Below, one piece after another: positions 54,789 to 64,000 of a DNA stretch of 64,000 bases. The notes beneath the pieces were generated by a model. It saw only the letters and a list, made by a program, of their open reading frames with translations, had not been told where the DNA came from and did not search any database. Each line of letters begins with the position of its first letter. The stretch's first letter is position 1. The DNA is taken from the NCBI RefSeq assembly GCF_026571515.1, contig NW_026865099.1, forward strand, positions 62,001 to 126,000, read 5' to 3'. The translations under genes were made by a program, and so were the position numbers. Source of the stretch: Ruditapes philippinarum (lineage: Eukaryota).

Positions 54789-56827
54789 ATGAATTCAAAG
54801 GAGGTGGCTGCCTTGAAAAAATGTTCAGAGCGGATAAAGAAAGACCTGGATCCAACATATCCCTTTCTTCATTCGCTGTATGCAAATGATGTCATATCAC
54901 ATGAGCAAATGGAGACAATAATGGTGAGAAATTAACCTTTCACTTTCATTCTTACCAAATAATGATAAATAAAAAATATCTTTTCTACTTTTTTGTTTTA
55001 AAACAAATTCTGAATATATACTATATTTCTAAACGGCGGCTATAAACCATAATTATGCAAACTGCATTTTTAATTTTCTTCCTTTCGATTGCACTAATCT
55101 AAGGAAAATAGTTCTTATATAAATGCTACAATAAAAGAATGATTTGCACAATTTGTTTAACTTTTTTCTCAACAACACTCTAAAGGTCATATGGCAACAT
55201 TCTGGCTTTACTGATGGAGGAAGACATCAGGTGCCCTTCCATGCATTATTTCGGGCATGAATGGATACCAGAGTAGAACCACTGACATTCTATAAGCTAG
55301 CTGGATAGCTTCCTCGCATGAAAAAATTCAAATTCCCTGGCAGGATTTGAACCCACAGCAGTGAGAGGCAAGGACTCAAGTGGTTTGAGGACAACATCCT
55401 TGACCAGTCAGCTAGGCATGTCCCTTACTTGAATCATTTTCAGACTGATAATTAACAGTTTTAAAAATACTATTGAACATCATTACTTAAAGTGGTCTTT
55501 TATCAATCCTTTTTGAAAAAAGGTTCAAGCCCTGAAGAAACAGGAAAAACATTAAACTTGTAAAATGAGTTAAATTTGGGTGAACAAAAATTTATAATAC
55601 ATGTCACGGTTCAGAACTGTTCACTATTTAGGGGAGAAGATTATGTAAGCAGCCGGATAGCTCAGTCTGTAGATTCCGAGGGTCCCGAGCTCGGGTCCCA
55701 GTCAGGCTGCACATTTTTCTCACCCTGTGACATTTGATGCCAAACGGGGGACCGTGACTAATATAGGTCAGAGTTTAATTTACATTGCTCTGTAACTCTG
55801 TGAAATTCCAGGAAGAATTTCAATATAGCAGGGGAGTACATGTATGTCACGGTTCAGAGCTGTTCACTATTTAGAGGAGAAGATATGTAAGCGGACAGAT
55901 AGCTCAGTCGGTAGAGCTGTGGAATGGTATTCCAAGGGTCCTGGGTTCGAGTTCCAGTCAGGCTGCACATTTTTCTCACCCTGTGACATACATAATCTGC
56001 AAAGATTGTAACTCACACAGTTTTGGGGGGAAACCCTAAGGAATTTAACGAGGAAATAATTACTCAATACCATTATCTGGTTCATAAAAACAATTATCAA
56101 TGCATTGTCAAATTATTTTCTTTTGATACAGGCAATCAGTGTCAGCTTAGAAAGAGTCACAAAGTTACTAACTATATTACCAAGAAGAGGTCCGAGCGCT
56201 TTCACAACTTTTCGTAACCTTTTATCAAAAGATTACCATTGGCTCGCTGAAGACCTAGATGCCGCTTTAAGAATAAAAAGGAAGGATGCCACTAAAGAGG
56301 AAATACACTTGAAGCTTATCAATGTGATCAATAACCAGGTCGTACCCCTCGTTTTCCCTGAAACTTTTAACTTTGTCAGCAGCAAGGACCATATCCATCA
56401 TACTATTACCAAACTTGGTGATTTGACCAGAATACTGGAGAAAAGGGTTCTTAAAGCGTTAGAGCTGATGAAAACTTCGACCAAGACCATTTGCATTGAA
56501 ACCCTCATTAATGAGAAGCTCAAAGCAGATAGATCTGCAGATGCCTTAAGTACGGAAATCAAGGAATTAAAAAGGAGGGCCAAACAGGATGAGAAATTGA
56601 AGAAGGAAAATGAAAAGCTTAAAAGAACAAACGAAAGCTTGATGAAGAAGCTAAAGGAGAAAAGTCAGGAAATTAAAGATGGTAAAAAACACTACAGTCA
56701 CTTGAAAAGGGAAAAAGATGAAGCAACAAAGAAAGTCGAGCAGTTGAAGAGGGAAATACAATGCATGAAGAAAGAAATTGAGTCTACAAATTCTATGTGT
56801 GAAATAACACCTTTGTACGGGAATTAA
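54789..56827 (+). CDS. short CARD + coiled-coil protein, paralog 6 (276 aa, 2 coding exons)
   Basis: Exons 54789-54923 (MNSKEVAALKKCSERIKKDLDPTYPFLHSLYANDVISHEQMETIM, donor gtgaga) and 56132-56827 (AISVSLERVTKLLTILPRRGPSAFTTFRNLLSKDYHWLAEDL...). Clearly the sister of paralog 5 (DLDP, HSLYA, VPLV, KLGDL, ENEKLK). Confidence 0.93.
55180..55425 (-). mobile_element. tRNA-derived SINE in the intron of paralog 6
   Basis: GAGTAGAACCACTGACATTCTATAAGCTAGCTGGATAGCTTCCTC core, same family as 17175-17405. Confidence 0.7.
55602..55988 (+). mobile_element. complete TRIM (miniature LTR retrotransposon) with tRNA-like LTRs, Helenus-like
   Basis: LTR1 55602-55732 and LTR2 55845-55988, both TGTCAC...GTGACA. 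112-bp internal region with a degenerate PBS (TGATGCCAAACGGGGG) and a PPT (AGCAGGGGAG). 4-bp TSD TACA on both sides. LTR2 holds the A box TAGCTCAGTCGGTAGAG and the B box GGTTCGAGTTCC. Confidence 0.88.
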
Positions 56828-57530
56828 AAACTGAATATATGTACATATTAAGTAAAGCTGTTAGGATACATTTTATGATATTTAAGACAATGTCTTTTAA
56901 AGTCAGGCTTCAAACAGGCAAAATACATTATTATGAAAAAAGGAAATAACTTGAAACCAGGACCTCTCATGTTTTACCTAATGGGTCGGGATAATCCCTG
57001 AAGCAATAAACCTGGTTAAAATTCAACAAAGATCTTAAATATACATATTTGGCAGTGTCCTATATTTCATTTTTTACACATAATCAAAATTTTAAGTAAA
57101 CAAGTAGCCTTAAGCAATAATCTATCTAAAATGCTTACTTTTGGTATGTTTCCAAAAGTTGAAAAACTATATAAACCACATTTATGTTATACTATGTATG
57201 ACAGTTTTATATTTACCTATCATAACATGTATAAATGATATTGATTGTGACACTTAGTTTTTAACTATTATTTGCTAGATGTTAAGATACTATACATGTA
57301 TAAATGATTGATTATGACACTTTGTTTTCAACTATTATCTGCTATATGTTAAGACATTATTTAGATTTGAATACATATTACAAATAAAATTCATTATGAA
57401 TACAATATTAAATTATTATTTGTGCATATTGCCTTTGAATTACTGTATATTCACACTGAATTGTTCTCCCTCAGCATATGCTGGTCATTCTAAAGCTGAA
57501 TACCAAAATCAAGAGGCTTAAATGCCTCTT

Positions 57531-58010
57531 CAGACTTCCCGAAAGTTGAAAAAAACTGTCAGACATTCGGTCTGACATACCATGAAAATCTGTCGGACCG
57601 AAACAAAATCAGTCGGACCAAATAAAATTGATCAAAATCAAATAAAAACTTGTGTGTGTATTTCTAAGACACTTTTTGTTTTTCATTTTTTCGCCGTCAA
57701 AATCGGCACAATCCGTACAGCGCATTTTCATCCCCTCCCTGTCAAACATCAATGATTCATGGTTCTGCTTCCATTTTTCATTAAATTTTGTCTCAGGTCT
57801 ATTCTTTTCATCATTTTATTGCTGTTCTGCGCACTTTTCTGATGTAGATTTTCGGTTTTTCCAAGGTTTGGCACCTTTAGCAACGCCATTTTGTATACAT
57901 GCGGCTTGGATAAAAGCCGGACAGTCGGACCGATCCGGAATAAAAAATTGTCGGACCTGATCAAAATTTATCGGACATGTCCGTCGGACCGACGTATTTC
58001 GGGAAGTCTG
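57531..58010. mobile_element. hAT-like MITE with 5-bp TSD (hAT5-like), 480 bp
   Basis: Perfect 14-bp TIR CAGACTTCCCGAAA / TTTCGGGAAGTCTG, CTCTT duplicated on both flanks, and many (T)CGGAC subterminal motifs. Confidence 0.85.
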
Positions 58011-58090
58011 CTCTTCCCAATTAAGTTAGGTAAACTTACGGGTCACCCAGTTTACACCAAACCTTTCAAATAAACAACTAAATAACTCAC

Positions 58091-61000
58091 AGTCTGCATC
58101 AAGTTGATCTTGTTTCGATGTTAACTGTTTCATTAGGATATCCAGTTGACCTAGCTGAGACTCGAACCTGGACACCTGGCAAATATGTTGCTCCCTCTCG
58201 TTAGCCTGGATCTTCTCCTGACGCTCCGACTCTCTCACCTTCTTCTCTAATGAATAGTTAGCTAACTGAAGAACAAAATATCAATGTGATTATGAAACAT
58301 AGGCATCGGAGGTCTCGTGGTTACACTGTCTGCCTCTCAACCCAGCAATCATGGGTTTGAGACCTACTAGGGTTACGACCATGTTTCTTCATATTATCAG
58401 TACTGTGAACTCAGGAGTGGTAGAAATAAGGCTTAAGCTTCAAACTTTCATTACAAATAAATAGTAAGTTTAAACAAAAAATATTGTAAAAACACTTCTT
58501 GATTCTGGACAAGTGTTTCAAGATTATTATGTAACTGTGCAGGCATTTCTGGATATTGTACAAGCATTTCTAGAAACTGTACAAGCATTTCAAAAGACAG
58601 CATATGCATTTCTAGATAATGTCTACAAGCAATTCTAGATAATGTTCAAGCATTTCTATACAAATTTCTATACAAATAGTTATCTCTCTTTTTTTAAAGT
58701 AACTGTCAACCCCATCACATGCTCATGTCAATATCTAAGAGCTGCAGCAGTTTACTGATATATACTAGCCACTTACTTGAAGTCTTCTAATTTCATCCTT
58801 CAGGGCATCTTTCTCTTTCTCTGCCATCTTTCTATACACCTGCTGTTGAGACTGTAAAAATATACAAGAAATAAATTTAGTGGCAGCATGGCCAAGTGGT
58901 TTACATGTCAGACTAGTAATCTAATGATCGCAAGCATGGGTTTAAAGCCTTTCAAGGGCAAGTTGTTGTTTCCTTGAGCAAGAAACTTAACACTCATTGC
59001 TCAGTACTGGTTGGTTCTAGGAACGGATTTGAAAGTGTGTCTATAACAGTCATCGAATTTAGCACTGGCCTGGTGGCCCATGGCCAGTGAAAATTAGTTC
59101 GGGCCAGTGTACATTTTAAGAAAATGTAGTTAAATATATAGTAGAATAAATTCAGAACTTGAATTCGGGCCAGTAAATTCAAAACCTTAAATTCAATGAC
59201 TGCTATAAGCTTCTAACTTCCTAAGCAATTGAAATAAAATAAATTCTGCATAAACCAAATAGATTTATTGAAATATACTTTAGGTACAAGCATTTAGTCA
59301 AAAGTAGAAAATTTCAAACTAACAAAAAAAAAATCTTCGAAATGCATTAATTAACTAAGCTTGAAATGAAAATAGGTTTGGAAAATTTTCAATTACATCA
59401 AAAAAAGAAATACTGTCAATTCACTTCATTTTGTTGGCATGAAATTTCGTGGTTTTGTCACAAAAGGGTAATTTCAGCAATGTTTTGTTAAAAAATGGGA
59501 AAAAATGCATGACTGAAATTTTGCAGTGATTAAATGAATGAAAACAATCACTGTCTAGGATGGCATCTTCAAACATTTTAAGCACTATCACAGTGAATAT
59601 ATAAGCCCTTATTTTCAAAGATTTTATAATTTTTCATTCAATATTTTGCAACTTTCAACTGGGAATTTTTTTCTGTGGATTGGGAAAAAAATATAGTATT
59701 TTCAATTGGGAATATGACCAAATATTAGCAACAAAATAAGCCAAAAAAAACATAATACTTACAGCCTCTACTTGATAGTCCCTCATCTTCTCCTCTAGTT
59801 GCCTCCTTGTCTCCCTCAACTCAACCTCGTGCCTCTCACCAAGGTTAGCCACCTTACCAGATTCTTGATCCTGTATTTTAAATCTTTGTCACAGAACAAT
59901 TTTCTCCTTAGAAGTCTTTTAATATTTACTTATCAATCTGTAATGGTGACTTAAAATTTATACTTAAAGTATAACTTGCTCTTTTTAATGACATTTGATT
60001 ATAATGACATTAACAGCACACCAACATATTTGTTCAGTCCCATCTTTATTTTCCATATCAACTTAATATCATTTGGATCTGGTTGTATTTTTGGACACTT
60101 GTAATACCTGCCAGGTGACCATACATTAATGCTACTTTTTTTAGGAATTCCTATAGAAGTGTAGCCTTCACCTTGAGGTACAGGCACAATATGCTGTTAA
60201 GCATTTTGATTTATGTAGAATTATTTCAAACTTCATTTATAAATGACAAAGTTTTGGAATGGAAATAATTGTGGATGTCTGTCATTGTATCCAAACCAAC
60301 ATCCAATGGTTTATGAGCTTCATTCCATGGCCTCTACACAGTCAGAAAACCAAAGATCAGTCCATAACTCAATCTTTTTTAACTAGCATATTTTACTGCT
60401 GCATGTTGACAATGGAAAACTTGTCTAAGCCAATTCTTTTTGGATTGTATATCCAAGAAACTTACACTTCAGTAGCTGACAGAAAGTTCTACAAGCTCTT
60501 AATTCACAAGATAGAGCCCAACCACAGCCTTACCTTTTCTGTCATGATTTTGATCCAAGACAAAGTGTCAAACTAATATCATTTAGATGTCACTTCAGTT
60601 CTTAGTCTGACAGTAAATAATTTAATTACCCAAAAAAGCAACAACAATAAATACCAAAAAAAAAACAAGTAAAAAGCTACAATTTCATGTTACCAGTTTC
60701 CACCCCATGTTGTATCTCTCATTGATCAGTTTTTCTATTTTCTTTTCATTCTCTACAGCCAGTTCTCTTCTCATTTTTAGCTCCTCTATGATCTCATATG
60801 TCAAAGTACTGAACCTCATTTTGTCTGCTCTGCTAAAAGCTGGACCTGAGAATTTTGTTAACACCAGTTACAATTTTAAAACTACTGTAACTAACACAAT
60901 AACTCACTCTCTTTAAATATTTGATACCTGAGAATAAACCTTTTTTCACATGCAAAATGATGAGCGGTTTCATTATGACCAGATAGTTGTGTCAAATCCC

Positions 61001-61894
61001 CTGGCCAACTGAGTTGATATACTTTCTGTAATTTCATTGCTCGTTTTTTTATATATGTATATAACAAGAGCACTGCACAGGGTGTACGTTAAGGCTTTTT
61101 CATTAAAATAACAATTTTTGACAAAATTCTAAGTTAAAAAGGAGCATAACTCCAAAAATATAGCTTTCAGAATAATGCCCCTTGTCTGACAACTGCACAT
61201 AGTCAAGTTAAGCAAATATTCCAAGTTTCATATTGATAATTTTTTAAATGTTTGAATGATAGGCTATTTTAAAGTTTTTCCAAGACAACAATCACAATGA
61301 TGATGACAATAACAACTAGTATAATGACACAGCAGTCATAATAGCAGTGTTTTATTTTCACTTTTGGAGGAAGGTGGTCGGTGCCTTTTGAAGGGGGAAA
61401 AATGCAGTAGGAGGGGGATTTTATTTGTTTACTTATTTTACATTGTTTTCTTTGTGGTGGAAAAGGGGAGCAACTCTTGCAACACAAGTTTAAAATACGT
61501 CTCTTTTTCTTAATATACTGATCTAAAATTTGATGCGTCATATGTAAAACTTATTGGGTAGCTCCCCTTACCAACCAGAGAACGATTTGTAAACAACCTT
61601 GCTTAACAGTAACTCTTACAGGCATTAAATAAAACATTTTTCAGCAGTTAGTTGCAAAAAAAAAAAATATTTATTGCAAGAAAATTCAGGCTGCCATATA
61701 GGAGGAAATTTAGGCTTTGAAGGGGAAAAAACATACTGTTTTGAGTTGGGGGGAATGGGGCAAAATTTCGCCTAATATTTTGGTGAAAAAAAAAACACTG
61801 TTATTATTATAATACATTCGGACATTATTCTGACATTTTTCATCAACATACCAGAACTTGTAGCATCTCCTTTACAGTCAGTTTCCCTCTCCAT
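58091..61894 (-). CDS. CCDC73: coiled-coil domain-containing protein 73-like, 5' coding exons (3' end unresolved)
   Basis: Minus-strand exons 61894-61852 (MERETDCKGDATSS), 60845-60694 (...YEIIEELKMRRELAVENEKKIEKLINERYNMGWKL), 59870-59763 (DQESGKVANLGERHEVELRETRRQLEEKMRDYQVEA), 58851-58777 (SQQQVYRKMAEKEKDALKDEIRRLQ) and 58265-58091 (LANYSLEKKVRESERQEK...QLDAD). All GT-AG and phase-compatible. Colinear with my recollection of the human CCDC73 N-terminus (ALEELRMRRE...QELKWQK...[21 protein letters not shown]). Confidence 0.8.
58305..58475 (+). mobile_element. tRNA-derived SINE in a CCDC73-like intron
   Basis: GTGGTTACACTGTCTGCCTCTCAACCCAG...GGGTTTGAGACC head; body related to 3768-3895. Confidence 0.5.
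58880..59260 (+). mobile_element. tRNA-derived SINE interrupted by a MITE
   Basis: GGCCAAGTGGTTTAC head; TTCCTTGAGCAAGAAACTTAAC and GTACTGGTTGGTTCTAGGAACGGATTTGA body (a related copy lies at about 38030-38200). The body resumes after 59202. Confidence 0.6.
59047..59202. mobile_element. hAT-like MITE with 6-bp TSD (hAT6-like), 156 bp
   Basis: TIR CAGTCATCGAATTTA / TAAATTCAATGACTG (1 mismatch), CTATAA duplicated at 59041-59046 and 59203-59208, and internal GGCCAGT motifs. Confidence 0.8.
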
Positions 61895-62914
61895 ATTGTT
61901 ACTGCAATGTATACAAACAAATTTCCAAGCAATTAAAAATTTAGTATCTGCTACACAGTTTTACCCATTACCCCTGTCTTAGTTTTACTAAAAAATAACT
62001 TTATAGGTAATTTTAAATTGCTTGGAAATTACACATAGACAAACAATTTCCTTTTCATATGAAAATGTGATACCACTAAATATTCATCAGACTTTACACA
62101 TGGGTCTTTTTTAATTTGTTTGTTTGTTTGTTTCATTTTACGCCTTTTCCCAACAAAATTTCAGTCATACAGGTGGGTAGTTTCCTAACCTTTGTTCCTG
62201 GAGAGTTACACCAGTACTAGTCTACCTTCCTCCAAACTAAACTACCAAAGCATCTCCCAGGATCAAACCCACGCCAGAGAGGTAACTGGATTAGAAGTCA
62301 TCGATTCTTACCCCTCGACCACGGATAAAATCTAAATTTGATATAAAGATTTTTCATGTGATGACTCTGTGAAATATTTTCTAAAAGTGATACCAGCCTG
62401 CAGATCTTGGACAAGTTCCCATAGAGTGCGTGTGGGTATTACTGAATATGCATGCATTGCAAAATATTATTTTCTTTTCATCATAACCTTCTTGATATTC
62501 CTCTAATAAGGCAGTGACATCATAAACATGATGTCACTTCCTTTCCAGACATATCTGACATAATTCCATCAGAAGCAAAGATTTTCAAGACAAAAATACC
62601 ACAAAGCTTCACATTCACACAAGTTGAAGTACATGTACTCTGATACAGATTTTCAAATTTTAGATACTTGATGTCATAAGTTTAAATGGTCATGTGATTC
62701 GGATAAACCGCATGTTTCTTGTTATTTGTGAAACAAATACATGTATGTGATATGGAAAATAACTCCATTAGTCACTAAGATATTTATTTACTGATTTATT
62801 TGCAAGTACGGAACAACAAGCAGTTTAATTTTGTCTTGTGTGTAAATTACTGAACACAGTGCTCACAATGATTAAAACAACACAGTTATCTGATTATTAT
62901 AGCATTACAAATTT

Positions 62915-63160
62915 ATCTAAATACAGTTATAGTAGTAAAATAAATAATTTTATACATCTAAATAAATAAAATGATTAATCAATAATTAATTAATCAATCA
63001 ATATATCAATCAATCAATTCATTAAGCCAATTTATCTAAATACAGTTATAGTAGTAAAATAAATAATTTTATACATCTATATAAATAAATAAATAAAATG
63101 ATTAATCAATAATTAATTAATCAATCAATATATCAATCAATCAATTTATTAAGTCAATCA
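62915..63160. repeat. local tandem duplication (about 120 bp) with (ATCA)n tracts
   Basis: ATTTATCTAAATACAGTTATAGTAGTAAAATAAATAATTTTATACATCTA... present twice. Confidence 0.8.
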
Positions 63161-63490
63161 ATCATTTATCAAATAGATAGATAGATAAATAAATAAATAG
63201 CTCTTCTAGTATTTTAGGAATGAGCAGGCAGATTGGCACAAAACGGCAGAAATGCTTCACCATGTAGCTGAACAAGTTTGTATTGAAACCAAGCGTAAAA
63301 AGTTTGGGATTTTGAGTAAAGTTCTGAGTAGAAAGACCCTGCTTAGTTTGAGGAAAGACGTAAAAATGCACATGTCACGTCATAACTCTTTATAAAATGT
63401 TTTTTGCATAAACCTCATATTCGTCTGAAAAAGTCATGATGTGATTGATGGTATTTAATTGTTGTAACATATTAAATCTAACAGTCCTAC

Positions 63491-63575
63491 CTTAAAACTA
63501 TTATAAGCACAAGAAAGAAATTGCTTATTAAAAAAATCACGACATCTTCCTTCGTCTGCACATCCGGGCTATTTA
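63491..63575 (-). promoter_or_regulatory. probable promoter and non-coding first exon of the CCDC73-like gene
   Basis: Locally CpG-enriched, with an ETS-like CCGGATGT on the minus strand and a donor AAG|gtagga at 63491/63490. The ATG-containing exon has an acceptor just upstream (61902), so a 5' UTR exon is required. Confidence 0.4.
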
Positions 63576-64000
63576 CGCAATTCGTACCAACTAAATTTCG
63601 AACCAGACAATGTCCTGCGGACCATTCACATACGATAATATGTGTACGTTCGTATATTTACATTACTGGTACACTGTCATAGGATGTAAATTATTTTGTA
63701 ATAAACGTAATTTTCAGCATTTAATTAGAGAGTGGTTTTTTAACCAAAAGCAATCTATTTCTTTAGAAGAGTCCCAAGACAAAAACTAAGTTTGCATCTG
63801 GGACATAAGATAACTTATGTCCCAGGTTTGCATGTATGATTTCTGAGAGTGAGATAGGCATAATCAAGTAAATATGTACATGAAGATAGTAAACTAGATA
63901 CAGCATTAAAATATTCCTTCTGAATTTGGTAGCTTCCTTTATTATGTTTATAGTATTATTTTATATATACTTTATATTTCCCAAGGTTAAAAATTACTTC

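Noticed and set aside
55891-55966. Possible tRNA gene (and a second copy at about 55649-55711)
   Set aside because: Poor acceptor stem and anticodon loop; both copies lie inside the LTRs of a TRIM.
721-56827. Naming the CARD genes CRADD, CASP2 or CARD9
   Set aside because: No death domain, no QACxG caspase domain, and the CARD motifs differ from the CARD9/11 type, so orthology cannot be supported.

Overview
AT-rich, intron-containing animal genomic DNA. The repeat families suggest a bivalve mollusc, probably a venerid-type clam (inference). The main feature is a head-to-tail, + strand cluster of six spliced paralogous genes (721-56827). The ORF track shows only fragments of them. Each encodes an N-terminal CARD of the caspase-2/RAIDD type (LPxRGPxAF...(D/E/N)YxW(L/V)A) followed by a long coiled coil, with no caspase, death domain or NACHT domain. 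All six open with an exactly 135-nt coding exon and a phase-0 GT-AG intron, and all six splice into intact frames. Four are long (425-475 aa, basic C-terminal tail; three share an unrecognised ~45-aa helical module) and two are short (272-276 aa). At the right end, five coding exons of a CCDC73-like gene run on the - strand toward the cluster and stop at an open phase-1 donor, so the whole cluster may be nested in one of its introns. The rest is repeats: satellite-bearing Helentron/HINE-like elements, tRNA-derived SINEs, MITEs with 5- and 6-bp TSDs, a 4.7-kb TIR element, a complete tRNA-LTR TRIM (Helenus-like) and minisatellites. Gene models were built by hand from splice signals and frame arithmetic. 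Homology statements are from memory of protein families, not database searches.
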